A stretch of 64,000 nucleotides of DNA from Rhizaria sp. SCN 62-66 (Eukaryota). Both the position numbers and the translations under genes were made by a program. How positions within the stretch are numbered: the first letter of the stretch is position 1; every line of letters starts with the position of its first letter. Shown in pieces: positions 37,329-50,481 of the stretch. The notes under the pieces were generated by a model that had not been told where the DNA came from, did no database searches, and saw only the letters and a list, made by a program, of their open reading frames with translations. The stretch lies in NCBI GenBank assembly GCA_001724265.1, contig MEDY01000073.1, positions 62,001 to 126,000 of the forward strand, in the 5' to 3' direction.

Positions 37329-40145
37329 ATGTCGGCTCTTCCGGCTTGCGTTTGCGCTCCTCTTCCAGCGTCCCCTAATGAAGTAACGGAAAACTACACA
37401 TTGCTTGGTCAGGCAATCGCCCTGTTGCAGAAACGCGTCGAGAAGCTCTGTGACGACAGGCGGGGCCGCATCAAGACTTTCTTCCGCGCCTCTCTGCCCA
37501 ACTCACTCTCCTTCGTTGCTCTCTACAACGCACTCTGCGCCAACCGCCCCGATCTCACCGGCTGCATCACATGCAGGGGCTTTTATGCATCATATGGCAC
37601 GGTTGTCATGATCAACGACGACCTCAGTCTGACCTCGCTCCTGTGGGACGCGAGCATCATCCCCAAGCAGAACCCGTACCGCCCGCTCGTCGCCGCGCTC
37701 CAGGCCGCCATCGAGTCGCCCGACAACGACATTGTCTCCGCGTTTGTCTGGCCGACAAATCCAACAGGAGTCAAGTCCAAGTCCAAACCGGGCTTTCCCC
37801 ACTGGACATCCATGTGTCCCCCGGTCACGGCGCGCTACGACGACGAGTACGTGACGACTCCTCGGCATTTAATCGTATTGTTACTCTCTACATTAAAAAA
37901 ATCACGATACAAACTTCGGGTATTCGGCGTACTAGACTGGTTTGCAATCGAATCTTGAGTTATACCTGTCTATCTTTAGATTCACTTGCTCGACGCTCAC
38001 TATTTCGCATTCACTTTATCTTACACTTTTTTTGTTTGGCACATTCTGCCTTGACAGCTCGACGCTCGTCTCATCCGAAGGTTTCATTGCCAATCTCGGC
38101 GAAGCGCGCCAAGGGCTCGAACGCACCATCTACAAGAGTTACACTGCGGACATCCTTGCCCGCGGACTCGCACTCGTCGACTCATCTGATGAGCTCGGCA
38201 GCATCACGCTCGCACTCTTCCCTCAGGTACGCTCAGCTCAGAGCAAACACAAGTATCCGTCACCAATTCACCGCAAACTTAACTTCACTTGAACTTTCCG
38301 TCGAAAATTACTCATCTTTTGGACCAAACTCTCTGATTAATTCTTTTTCGCTTCATCATCTTTCCTCAGGCGTCTTTCCTACACAAGACGATGACTGCTG
38401 TGACCAAGCACTGGCCCCAGTCCGCCTACGACGCCGACAGCACCGCATGCCCCGTGCTCGCGAACCGCGCGCTGTGGCTCGCCACGGCCTTTGCCGCCCC
38501 CGGCTGGTGTTTCCCCGCGAGCAACCTTATCGACAAGGTCTACTCCCACCTCGCCAATGGCAGCAGTGTCGACGTCATCAAGCGCGTTCTCGACAAGCTG
38601 ACTACGTCTGCCAAGTACCGGCGCCCGCGGACCAACGCCTCGGCGGGCGAGATCGCCGAAGCCGAGCGCGCGTTCGATAAGCTGGGGCTCGAGCGCGCGA
38701 TGGCGCGGCGCGTGGCCGCCGTGGCCGACGTCAGCAAGGCCGGCTGGGCGTCCTGGGTGGCCCCGCTGGCGCCGATCGCGGAGTGGGAGAAGGACCGCAA
38801 GACGCCCGAGCTGCGCGAGGCTACGGCTGTTGCAAAGGATGACCAGGCTCCGTGTCAGACTCCTGGTGATGCGATGATTACTTCTAACACTGCGGAGTCC
38901 GAGAAGAAGAAAAACAAGTCAAAGAGTTCTTTGTTCAGCGTTTGCCACAACAGCGACGCAAACAAGAGCAAGAGCACTGACGCCGAGCGCGTCGTCGGTT
39001 ACCACGAGCTCGTCACCAAGATCCTTCCCACGGCGACTGCGATGTGGATCAAGGCGCCGGAGCGGTGGGACTACGGCTCGATGACGACACAGACCAAGTA
39101 CAACGCGCCGCCGATCATGCAGTGGGATGTCACCGCCGCGGTCTACAAGAGCGTCAACGAGGCCATCAAGGCCGAGGCTGAGGAGGCCGAAGCCTTAGCT
39201 GAGGCCGAGGCGAAGGCTCCGACTGCGGCTGAGACTGCTGCCGAGAGTGCGACTGCGGCAGTCCCTGAGGCAGTCCCTGAGGAGGAAATTCAGGAGCAGA
39301 AGCTCGAGAAGAGCACTTCCGCCGCTCCAGATGTTGCTTCTGGCGCCACGCCCGACGAGGCAGATGCGAGCGACAAGGAAGACGACGAAGACTATGCCGC
39401 GGCCAAGGCAGCGGCGAGCGCAACGGTTGAGCCTCTGGTCGAGGATGCCAAAAGCTCTGCCGTTGAACATGCGGATAATAGCACTGATGAAGACGAGGAT
39501 GAGAGTGAGGACAGTGACGAGGATGAGAGCGACGACGGTGACGAGGATAAAGAGGATCTCATTGATCCTAGCAACGACGACGACGTGGACGTGGACGCGT
39601 TTGGTGGCCGCGACTGCGAGTGCCGGTACACGCACGCGAGCGACTGTAAGCACCCCACCGCAACCTTTGACCGGGACACTGCGCGTAACCCGTTCGACTA
39701 CTATATCTACACCAAAAAATCCACTGCTTCGCGCTTCTCTCTCTCGCTCACTCCGACGCCGTGGCACCCGTGTACGTCGGTGCTGCGCCGCCCTGAGCAT
39801 TTCCGCAGCGCTACTGATCACTCTCACTCAACGCAGACGATGATGATCACGATTGTAGGGGCCAGTGACACACGCACGTCGACGCTCGGCCTGTTCCCCA
39901 GCTCGATTCGGAGCGATCTGCACAGCGTGCGCCGCGTCATCGAGGAGTACTCGGACAAGACTGAGTTGACCCCCGTCCCAACGCGTTTTGCCGGCCGCGA
40001 GGCGAGTGGCGTGGTGATGTGGAAAGAGTCGGAGAGCGAACCAACGGTCACGGTGCGCGTGCAAGACCAGGACGGGTCGGTGAAGCAGTACACTGTCAAG
40101 TTCACGGGGTACGGTCCGCTGAGTAAGAAAAACTCAAAGAACTAA
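37329..40145 (+). CDS. Uncharacterised protein, 820 aa, resembling a bacterial/phage hypothetical family; exons 37329-37846, 38058-38226, 38370-40145
   Basis: Introns 37847-38057 (GTACGT..GACAG) and 38227-38369 (GTACGC..CTCAG) join three ORFs in frame. Motifs CITCRGF..YGTVV..SLLW, KYRRP..AGEIAEAE..LGLERAMARR and GLFPSSIRSDLHSVRRVIEEYS. Acidic insertion at about 39170-39600. Confidence 0.75.
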
Positions 40146-40426
40146 ACGCGGGGTTATGTCATATCGAGGGAGCTGTATGTCCATGTATTATCACGAAAAA
40201 GAATAATGGTGGTAATGCTCTCTTATCTTTATGTGTGCTCCAGCTTAATTCATAGTGAATGAAGCTGCACGTGTTAGAAAGTCCACATCGCTGTGAATGT
40301 GACGGGTGTGAGAGTACAGTTTTATACATGTTTGCGCTTTTAAGAAATATCCACGCGTAAAGAATACACAAATAGTGCGTAGACAGATGATACTACGCCA
40401 CTCGACTGCACATTGCGGCATTGCTG

Positions 40427-41026
40427 TCACATGCTGTTTGATCTCACGCGAGTGCGGGTGACAGGTGTGCGCGTGCGTACGGTGCGGATTGGTGGTAGAA
40501 GTGGAATGCAGCATGAAAATTGTGGCTGCCGTTCATAAAGTAATGAAACCGCCGGGCTATCACTCGTCGAATATTCGAGGATTAATGCTCCAGTCGTTGC
40601 TGTCACACTGTTTGCTGGCACTCTGTGAGCGTGAGTTACCAAGACCAGTCGCCAACAAGCCGCGCAAGAAATGACTTTTCCTGAGGCCAAGGCCTGAGGA
40701 TAACCGTTTGTAAGCCGCAACCACAACATCTTGGCAGCGTCTTTATTGCGGCCGACGCCGTAGCTGTTGAGATAGCAAATTGCCATGCAGTACATCGCGG
40801 GTCTGTAGTGCATGCGCGACGCGAGATCCTTCAGCTTGTTTGCGCCCAGCTTCCTGTCTCGTCCCACCCCTACGCCCATAGCGTAGCGCTTTGCATGCTC
40901 AGTCTGACTCGCGAGGGTAGCCTGTTGCGTCCGCACGCACCACGTAGCGAAACGACTCTGCTGCGCTCCTGCGCTGTTCATAGAGTCCTTCTTGGAAGAC
41001 GTACGAGCTCGATCAGCGCCCACCAT
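40427..41026 (-). CDS. Small Sel1-like repeat protein (3' end uncertain)
   Basis: YAMGVGVGRDRKLG and AMYCMAICYLNSYGVGRNKDAA match the Sel1 consensus (A..LG.CY..G.GV..D...A). The C-terminal part is not recognisable. Confidence 0.55.
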   Translation of the reverse strand: MVGADRARTSSKKDSMNSAGAQQSRFATWCVRTQQATLASQTEHAKRYAMGVGVGRDRKLGANKLKDLASRMHYRPAMYCMAICYLNSYGVGRNKDAAKMLWLRLTNGYPQALASGKVISCAACWRLVLVTHAHRVPANSVTATTGALILEYSTSDSPAVSLLYERQPQFSCCIPLLPPIRTVRTRTPVTRTRVRSNSM

Positions 41027-41250
41027 TAACCGACGATTACTTGATTCTTCGGGGAGACGAGTGTATTTGATAGTAATAATAACAATGGTTTTTATTTTCT
41101 AAGTAACACGAGCTAGTTTGATATATCACGAATAAACATCAAATTAAGAGAGTAGCAATACGAATAACACGTCGAGTTGGCAATGCTCCTTCAGCCACAG
41201 TAACACTTGCAGCGTCAAACGCGGCACGCTACTGCACATAACGGACGCAT

Positions 41251-44200
41251 TTACTCGCGGCGCGGCTCCATCTCGGGGAAAAGACTGATGACAGCGTCCT
41301 CAGTGATGCTAATGGCCATGTGGTGCAGCAGGTTGCGCGACTGCGTGAGCTCGTACAGCTTCTGCGCCGCGCGCTCGCACGCGTTCTTGCCGAACGCCGT
41401 GGCAACCGCGCGCGGGATGGCCTTGGCGAGCAGCACGCGCACGGCCTCGCGGTCCGCCTCAGCCTGCGTGACCGTGAGCGGCGACGCGGCAACATAGGGC
41501 TGCAGCGGCCAGATGGTCGACGCCAGCCAGTCGACCCCCTTGGCTACGCTCGCGGGCGCCGTCAGAGAGAGCAGCGTTGTCGCCACAAGGCTCGCGCCCG
41601 AGGCCTGGATCACGGTCTTGACCAGGCGCGAGATCTGCCGCCGCACCCAGCCCGAAGAGCGGAGTTCGAGCACCTCGTCCAGCAGCCGCAGCATGGCGCG
41701 CATCGCCAGCGCCTGCGTCTGCGCCTGCCGCACCATCGCGTCGTGCTCCACGCCCGGCAGGTGCGCCGAGAGTAGCGCCGCAACCTGCATCTTAATCCCG
41801 TCAATCACGCGGTGCCGCCGCGCCGTCGGCAGCGCGCGCGTCGCGGCGAGGGCCGCACGCTCCGCGCGCTTGCGTTGGCGCATGACCTCGCGCGCCGTGT
41901 TGCGCGCGTCGCGGCGCCGCTTGTAGGCCTGCAACAGCGCCGCAAAGGCCTCGGCGTGCGCGCGCCAGTAGCTGTGCTTGCTGGCCAGCGACTCTTCCAG
42001 CTGCTGCCGCGTCAGCGTCGCCGCGCCGCGCTGCCCAGCTCCGCTCGGCGCGGGCTTCGCGCCGCCGTCGAGGCCCGCGAGCGCGGCGCGTACGGCAGTC
42101 ATGAAGGCCAGCTGCGTGCGCGCAGAGGGCGCGGCGCTGGGCGCGGAGCCGGCGTGGACGTCGAGCGCGATGGGCGACGGGGCGGGCGTCGCGGATACGC
42201 CAAGCGCAACCACCGAGTTCCACATGTCCAGCGATAAGAGGCGCGATGGCTGGTCGGGCTGATCTTTCGCGTCGGCAGCGCCCTTGCTCCCGGCCTGCTG
42301 CTGCTGTTGTTGCTGCAGCTGCTGCTGCTTTTGTTGCTGGAGTTGCTGCTGTGTAGGGCCAGCCGCAGTCTTAAACGCGTTTGACTGGCCGGGTGTCTCG
42401 AAGTAGTGCTGACGCTCAACACTCAGCGGACGCAGGGCCGTACCATGCGCAGCAGCCTGTGCAGCGGCAGCGGCAGCTGCGCGCGCGGCGGCGGCCACGC
42501 GCTGCTGCTGCTTCTCACGTGCCTTGGCCGCCGCCGCAGTAGCCGCGGCGGCGCCAACGGGCTTGAGGCGGAGCAGCTCGGCGACGGAGCTGCCCTTGGC
42601 ATTGGCGCCGACGACGACCGCGGCGGCCGTGGACTCGCCGCCCTCGAACGTGTCTGTCAGCGGTGCGCGCTCTGACAGCGCGCTCGAGTAGAAGGACGGC
42701 GCCAGGATGGGCTCCTCGGCGAAGAAGCCCGCGGGAATGTCCAGGTCCTCGCTCACGGGCGCCAGCGCGGCGCCGGGTGCGGGCGTGGCCGAGAAGCCCG
42801 CCGCGCCGGCGCCACGGGTCGGCGACGCGAGCGCGGTCGCGGGCGACCACTCGAGCGCGGAGCGTGCAGCGAAGTTGTCGTTGGCGCCGCCTCTGCTGGA
42901 GGAGCCCTTGGCGCCGGGGCGCGGGAAGGCCCCGGCCGAGTTCTCGCGGGAGAAGCTGGGGGGGTGCGCCACCCCGCCCGCGCTCACCGCCGACGCGCTG
43001 CGGACAGAGCCGAAGGAGCTGGCGCTGGAGGCGAGCAACTCGGAGGGCCAGGCGACGCCGTTGTCGGCGCCATAGCCGCCCACGGCGACGGACTCGGCGC
43101 GCATGCGGCGCACCGCCGTCTCCGCAGCCGCGGCGGCAACGTTGGTGAAATGCGCCACCAGCGGGTTGCTCTGCGCCGCGCCGCCGAGCGCGCCGACGCT
43201 GTTGCCGTCGGTGGACGACGCCGACACCGGGGACAGCGCCAAAGCGCCGCCCGCGCTGGCGTTGCCGTCGGCGCCGCCGACGACGTTGACGCGGATCGAG
43301 TCGCTCGACGCGCTCGACTGCATGCGCGACGCCTGCGACGCCGCCAGTGTCCCGGCGTCGTCGCTAGGCGAGCGGAACGCGGCGTCGTCCAGCGCAGCGT
43401 CAGTGGACCGCGCCAGCAGGCTGTACGCGCCCGCGGCCGTGTGTGACGTCTCGTTGGGCAGCTGCTGCGGGCCAGCCGCAGGCGCCGAGGTAGCGTACGC
43501 GGCGGCGGCGGCGGTCGTCGCGGCGGCAGCGCGCGCGGGCAGCGGCTGCGTGAGCGGCTGGAAGAAGGCGAGCAGCGGCTGCGCGGAGCAGAGGACCTCG
43601 TGCGAGCACACGCGCGTGATGTAGGCCTGGAGCTCGAGGCGGCGCGCCTGGATGAAGGGCGCGTCGAAGGAGCCGAAGACGCGCTTCGTGGGGAAGTGCG
43701 CGAGCGGTGCCGCGGCCACGGGGTCCAGCGAGCCCGCGCCCGGGAGCGCGGCGGGCGGCTTGGCCAGCGCGGGGAAGAGCTTTAGCAGCGCGTCGTGCAG
43801 CGCCTCGAAGTGCGAGTAGCGACGGTAGATGACCCAGCGCAACGGGTATGCGACGCCGGGCAGCGTCGCCGCCAGACAGAGCTCGTAGGCCACGAACGGC
43901 TTGTGCCTCTGGTCGAACTGCGTCGTGGCGCCCGAGATGATGACGGCCATCTGCGCCGCGCGCACGCCCAGCGACGCGCGCAGCGCGGCCCAGTCCTCAG
44001 TCCACAGCCCCTGCCAGTAACGCACGTTCTGGTACATGTGGAAGCCGAACGGCAGCGGCACGCGCTCCAGCGCCTCGCCCGCCGACGCCGTCGTCATTGC
44101 CGACGCGGCTTTGGCGGGGGGCTCGGCCGCAGCCGTGGCGGCAACCGAGGCAACGCTGCCCGCGGCGCCGGCAGCAGCCTGTCCCTCGGCCCGTCCCTCG

Positions 44201-46896
44201 GCCTGGAGTGCGGCGGCGTCGGCGGCCTGCGCCGACTCGGCGGCGGCGACGGCTGCCTGACGCCGGCGCGCGGCCTGGCCCGCGGCCGCGTCGGCCCACG
44301 ACGAGCCCGCGCCCGCACCCGCGCCAGCGCCACCGATCGAGCCGGAACCGGAGACGGAGCTGGGAGAGGTCGCCGACGAAGTTGCAGCCACAGCGGCCGC
44401 GATCGCGGCAGCGGTGTGGTCGTCTGCGGACGCAGTGGTGGAGCCGCTGGTCGAGTTGGCGAGAGAGAGCGTCTGCACGGCCTGCGCGTCCGCGGCGACG
44501 GCCGCCGCCGAGGTGGGCGTGCCCACGTTGCGCGGCGACTTAGATGTGAACTGCGCCAGCGTCATCACCGCCGAGTCGCTGTCCACCAGCCCAGCGCCAG
44601 TGGCCGGACCGGAGCCCGAGCCCGAGCCGGAGCCTGAGCCGGAGCTTGTGGAGCTGGTGGTGGCGACAGGCGAGGTCGCAATCTGCTTTCTCTCGGTGTT
44701 ATCGCCCGCGCCATTGTTCGCTGCTGTGTCGCAGCCGCTCATTGTGTTGGACGTCGCGAGGGTGAGCTCGGTGATTGCCTTGGCGGGCCGCTGCTGCTTG
44801 CTGCCGTTGCCGTTGCCGGTGTTCTCATCCTCATCGTCCTCCTCGTCGTAGAACTCGTCGTAGCCCTCGGCGATGCGCCCCACACCGCCCGCGCCGGCGC
44901 CTGCGACCGCGCCGGGGACGGCAAAGGAGGGCCGCGCGTGGACCGAGGCGCGGCGCGGGGCCGTGAACTCGTTGAAGGCCGCAGTCACCACGTCCACGCT
45001 CGCGCTGGGGCTCGGCGCCGCGCATCCGGGGCTGGTGCAGTCAACCTCCGCGCCGCTGGGGCTCGCCGCCGCGGACGGGGACTGCGACGCGGCCGCAGCA
45101 GCGGCGGCGGCGGCGCCCGACTCGGCCGCGGTCACGCTCGCGGTCGCGCTGGGCTGCGGCTCCGGCGGCTCGCTCTGCGCGGCCGCGGCGATGGCGGCGA
45201 GCTCGGCCGCCGTGTAGATCATTGCGTCCGAGTCGCCGAAGAGGTCCGCGAAGTTCTGCTGCAGCAGTGCGTCGTCCTCAGCGTCGGTGCCCAGCGCGTT
45301 CTCCTCGTCGTTCTCGCCGCCCTCCGCGCCGCCGCCGCCGGGCCCGCGCGCGGCGTCGCAGTCGCTACCGTCGCTGTCGTCGGCCTCGCTGTCGTTCACG
45401 AACTCCAGCTCGTCGCCCGCGGCGCCGTGGCGGCGCCGGCGCGCGCGGTCGTGCTCGGCGGGCAGCGGGACACCCGCGGCGGCGGCCTGCAGGGCCTCGC
45501 TGGTGTGCGCCTGGCCTAGGTCAGGCCCGGGGCCCGCGCGCTTGAGTCGCATCTGCCGCTCCAGCTGCCAGTTGAAGACGCGCGCCATGAGCTCGCCAGA
45601 GTCCGCCCCCAGCACTCGCTCCGCAGCCTCCATCGCCTCGCGCGCCGCCGCGTCCGCGCCGGAGGCCACGCCAAACAGCGACACGGTCACGCCGCCCGCG
45701 GCGCCGCTTGCGCCGGAGGCGGAGCCGTTGGTATTGTTGCCGTTGAGATTGTTGAAGCTGCCGGCCGCGCTGGGCGACGCCGCGCCCGACGGGTCAGAGC
45801 CCGAGCCGGAGCCGGCTCCACTGGCAGCGCCCGCAGCGGCGGCGCCGTTGGCGGAGCCCCACCCGGAGGGCGCAGGAGAGGCGAGTCCGGCGGCGGCCTG
45901 CGCGGCGGCGGCGGCGTCGCCCCCAGCCGCGGCCACGGCGGCGGCGGCTGCGGAGGCGACCTGCTGGCGGTAGTTGTGGCCGGCTTCCCAGAGCGCGACG
46001 CCCTCATCGGGCGACACGGAAGAGTCCCGCAGCAGCGCGCGGACCTCCTGCGCGGAGCAGCCCTGCGCGTAGCCCAACAGCACGCGCAGCAGCAGGGGGT
46101 TGTTGCGCGCGGGCTGCGCGAACTCGAGCGTCTTGGCCAGCACCGTGTTGACCAGCACCTCAGTCAGCATCGTCATGAGCGCCGCGCAGCTGCGGTCCGA
46201 AGCGCCCAGTAGGCGGTGCAGCAGCGCGGGCACGAGCCGGTACAGGTACGTCGTGAGCGCGCGCGCGTCGACTGCGCCCGGGTGCATCGTGGGGAACTGC
46301 GTGCAGTCGCGGTGCGCCGTGTATACGGCCTCGCGCGGCGACAGCGGGACAGGCTCGCCGCGGTGCCGCGCCGCCGACTGCGCGACCTTAAGCGCCGTGG
46401 TGGCCGTCCACGCCGTGTTGGCCGGGTCCGCCACAATCGCCCCGCGCAGCGCCTCCTCCGCGCGCGCGGCCGCCGAGGTAACCAGGAAGTGCGCCCAGTC
46501 AATGTGCGCAGCGCGCATGGCCACGGTGCCCACGCAGCGGTCCGCGATGGCGCGGATGTCGTTGAGGAGCGTCTCGTTGTGCGAGATTGAGGGCACGTAC
46601 CACGTCTCGACGTAGTACGCGATGCAGAACTCCACGACGCGCCACAGCGAGGACCGCAGCGCAGGATCCGCCACCGTGTCGTCCAGCGTCAGGTACCGCT
46701 CGTGCACCACGGGCGGCGCGTCGCGCACGCCCGGGCGGCCGCCGCCGCCGCCGCCGCGCTCTGAGTTGCGCGACGAGTCGCCGGCCTTGGCCTCGATGGC
46801 GAGAACCTAGAGCTCGCTGAAGTAGACCATTAGGTACGCGGCAACGCACACGGACGCCACAATCAGGGCGCCAAACTCGAACAACAGTGAGAGCAT
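41251..46896 (-). CDS. PXA-PX-Nexin_C sorting nexin (SNX13/14/19/25, Mdm1-like), 1881 aa, with in-frame TAG at codon 30 (46807-46809)
   Basis: N-terminal TM (MLSLLFEFGALIVASVCVAAYLMVYF), PXA (YYVETWYVPSIS..LTEVLVNTVL), PX at about 43560-43950 (WVIYRRYSHFEALH..FPTKRVFGSFDAPFIQARRLELQAYI), Nexin_C (LLDEVLEL..WVRRQI..IWP..LFPEM). No RGS domain seen. Confidence 0.9.
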
Positions 46897-48607
46897 GGTG
46901 CGCACGGAGAACGGCGAATGAGACGCGATGAAGAAGAGGGAAACAGAAACGAAAGGGGGCCGCAGCCGCGAGTGTCGGGGCGCTTAGGAGGAGAGCTGAG
47001 TGATGCAAGTGGGATGCTTCGGTGACAAGGTGTGCCCTGAGGCTGGTTTCCAAGGAAACTGTGTGGTTTCCTTCCTGGGAGCGAGACAACGGTCGTATGA
47101 CGATGTGACGAAGAAGAGAACAGAGTTACGATATTCGGATGAGTGGGGTTTCAGGAGCACGACTGCGAGATACTACCAATGACTGGCGGATATAAAAGAG
47201 TTGTGCCATGCACTATACAGCATTAGATAGTTATACATCACTATTTGAGGTGTATATCCTGTTTACCGGGTGCGAAATACGGCGTTAAAGTTAGGGGTGT
47301 GGTTGCCACGAGGACAACACACGCCCTTCCATGACATGTGTGAGGCGCGAATCTACGCACACAATAGCAGTTTCGTCAGTTCGTATTGAAACACCAAATG
47401 TAAAAGATGTTGTCAAACACGTTCACTGACCTTGACTACACAATACAACGATCAAAGCAATCGCTCCAGCAGTACTAATTGAGAGGTACGTCACCGTCCC
47501 GGCTTGTCACCAGTTTTTTCGGTACGACCGGAGCGGATCATACCGATTTATGATATTAGCAGCATACAATGGAGGGCAACAGTGGAGGACTTCAGTGCAT
47601 GTGAGATATACTATATGCACACGCTAGTTATATTTGAGAATCCAATTATAAATGAAGCTGCCATATGTCCTGGCAAGAATACGTGAGACAATCAAGTAGC
47701 TTCAGTTACGCAATTTGCTCACGCAACTAATAAAGTCAGCTAGGAAACCGACTTTACAACACACCTAACACAAACAGCATTGTTTTCCGTGTACAACGCA
47801 CTTGTTACTTTATGGATTCAACCGTTTTGCAATGCTGCGGCGCTGGTTAATGTCGAGGCGCCTGATTGTCTGACTTGAATAAATGTCATAAAATTAAGCT
47901 TAGCTATCTCACAGATCATGAGCCATAAATGAGGGTCAACACAGGTGGTTTACAAGGACAACATATAAAGCTGGCGCTTAAACATGTTTATTTGACCAAC
48001 ATACGATGTTTTAGTTATTAAGCTCATGAGTATTGTGCTAACTAAGAAGCATCATAACAAATTTTTTTTGCATCGCAACAAGTGAATCCACAAAGTTAAT
48101 CTGGGTTTTATCAATTAATTTTAAGATATTTCGTATAAATAATACATTAATATTGTTTACCGCAATATCACACTTGCTGACGTTTGTATAGCGGGTGTAT
48201 GCCTTGTTTAGTGTGATTTTTGCGCACTTGCGAAATCGTTTGTGGTGGCCTGGGTTCCTGAACCTTCTCTGCCGGCAGGATTTTGTCGAAAGAGTAATAC
48301 CAGGTCTACTTTCGACACGAACGAATCTAGATTGAATATGCGAATTAAAAGTAGCTAATGCCACTCATCTTTGAATCGTATATTTCAATTCAGTCTTAAT
48401 TGCGCTATTCTAGCCTAAACCCCACTCTAGCTTGCCGCTGCTCGTCACCTCAATCTCACCTCATTTATTTCTCACTTGTCACACACATTTCTGTCTGTTT
48501 AGTCTTCTGAGGTCTACACACGCACTTGCGCGTTTTATATCTATCGTTTACTTCTACTCTCTGTCTACCAGCCCTCTTTCCCCGCCCGCCATCCCCCTTT
48601 GCGCCCG

Positions 48608-49123
48608 ATGTCGACCCCCGCTCGCCGTCGCTTGATGCGCGACTTCCGCCGTTTGCAAGTCGATCCCCCCGTGGGCGTGACTGCCGCGCCTGCTGAGGAC
48701 GACATCATGACGTGGCAGGCCGCGATCTTTGGCCCCGAGAACACGGAGTGGGAGAACGGCGTGTTCAAGCTCAAGATGACCTTCTCGGAGGAGTACCCCA
48801 ATGCGCCTCCCAAGGTCGCTTTCGTGACCAACATCTTCCACCCCAACGTCTACGCCAACGGCAACATCTGCCTTGACATCCTGCAGAACCAATGGACACC
48901 GATCTACGACATTGCGGCCATCCTGACCTCGATCCAGTCGCTGCTGACGGACCCGAACCCGAACTCGCCGGCCAACGCCGAGGCCGCGCGGTTGTACCGC
49001 GAGAACAAGCGCGAGTACCTGCACCGCGTGCAGGCCTGCGTCGAGGCCTCGTGGCAGGACGCTGATCTGGAGGGCGTCGACGACGAGGGCGACGACGCCG
49101 CAGATGCCGGCGAGGCCGCCTAA
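48608..49123 (+). CDS. RAD6: Ubiquitin-conjugating enzyme E2 Rad6/Ubc2 (UBE2A/B), 171 aa, acidic tail
   Basis: [17 protein letters not shown] start, [19 protein letters not shown] active-site Cys, [12 protein letters not shown]. Confidence 0.96.
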   Translation: MSTPARRRLMRDFRRLQVDPPVGVTAAPAEDDIMTWQAAIFGPENTEWENGVFKLKMTFSEEYPNAPPKVAFVTNIFHPNVYANGNICLDILQNQWTPIYDIAAILTSIQSLLTDPNPNSPANAEAARLYRENKREYLHRVQACVEASWQDADLEGVDDEGDDAADAGEAA

Positions 49124-49489
49124 GCGGCGTGCATCAATAAAAGAAGGCGGTTGTTGATTGGTTTGTTACACAGTGCAGTGGTTTTTTAATGATTGTTTAG
49201 GTGCGCAATGAGTGAAGATGCGCATTATGGCGGGGGTAATTACAATAAATATATACTCATTTTGAATTTATTCAGTTATTTGCGACTTAGGTCTTGAGAT
49301 ATTCAATAATTCAAATTGAGTTTCTGTTAGGTGACAAATTTATTATTCAGAAGTAACAATATGCGCGCGGTACACATTGGTCATTGTCCATTGTACATGT
49401 GCGCCTCATTCACCACATAGCCCGTCTCGAGCGTTGCAGTTCGGGCCACTGCATTGTTGAACGTTCAGCTTTTATTATTCCGTCGATGC

Positions 49490-50413
49490 TCAGGCCATCA
49501 AGGCGTACGTATGCATGGGCAGCTTGGCCGCCAGTGCCCGCACCCGCGCAGCAGCCTCCGTCGCCGCGCGCGTGGCCGCGGTCGGAGCGACCACGGGCGT
49601 GGCCACAGTCAATGCGGCAGCGGCCGCGGCAGGGGCAGCGGCGTCGGCCGCGCCCGCGCTGCTGTCCTCGAACGAGCCGAAGTCGCCGAAGTCTTCCTCC
49701 TCAGCAGCAGGAGCTGCAGGCGCGGCAGACACAGGCGCAGCAGGCGCAGCAGGAGCAGCAACGGGGGCGGGGGCGGGGGCAGCGTCGTCGTCGAAGGCGC
49801 CAAAGTCGCCGAAGTCTTCTTCATCTTCGGCCTTGGCGGCGGGCGGCGCCGCGACGGCCCCGGCAGCGGGGGCGGCCGCGGCGGCGGGGGCTGCGGCAGC
49901 GGGCGCCTCATCGTCGAAAGCGACGTCGAACGCGCTGTCGTCGTTGCCGCCGCCGCCGTTGTCACCGTTGCCGTCAGAGTCGGGCGAGTTGATGAAGTCC
50001 TCGAAAGACAGCGACGTCTCCAGCCCGGCGTCGTCGGCCGCGGCCGCCGCAGACGCGGTCGCCAAGGCGGGCACGATGGACGGCACCGACGACTTGGGTT
50101 TGGTCGCCGGCGCGGCCGCAGCGGCGGCAGGCTTGCTCTGGGCACTTGCACTCGCGGTCGCGGTTGCGGTCGCGTGCGTGTCGATCTTGTACTTCTTGGC
50201 GAACTCGCTGAGCATGTCCTGCGCGTAGACCGCGCTGCGGCCGTCGTCCTGAGCGACGGTCACGCCGCGGTCCTCGTCGTAGATGTCGTCCTCGTCCGCC
50301 AGCGCGGCGCCCGCAGCTCCGAGGTCTTCGTCGCCGCCCGGCGCGGGCAGCAGCCCGCCAAAGCCAGACGGCGGCGGCGCCAGCGGCAGTGCGCTCAGCC
50401 TCGCCACGGCCGA

Positions 50414-50481
<68 letters not shown>

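Noticed and set aside
46900-48600. tRNA (including a CUA suppressor), rRNA or other ncRNA in the long intergenic spacers
   Set aside because: No cloverleaf or T-loop (GTTCRA) in a suitable stem context was found by eye; a covariance-model scan is still needed.
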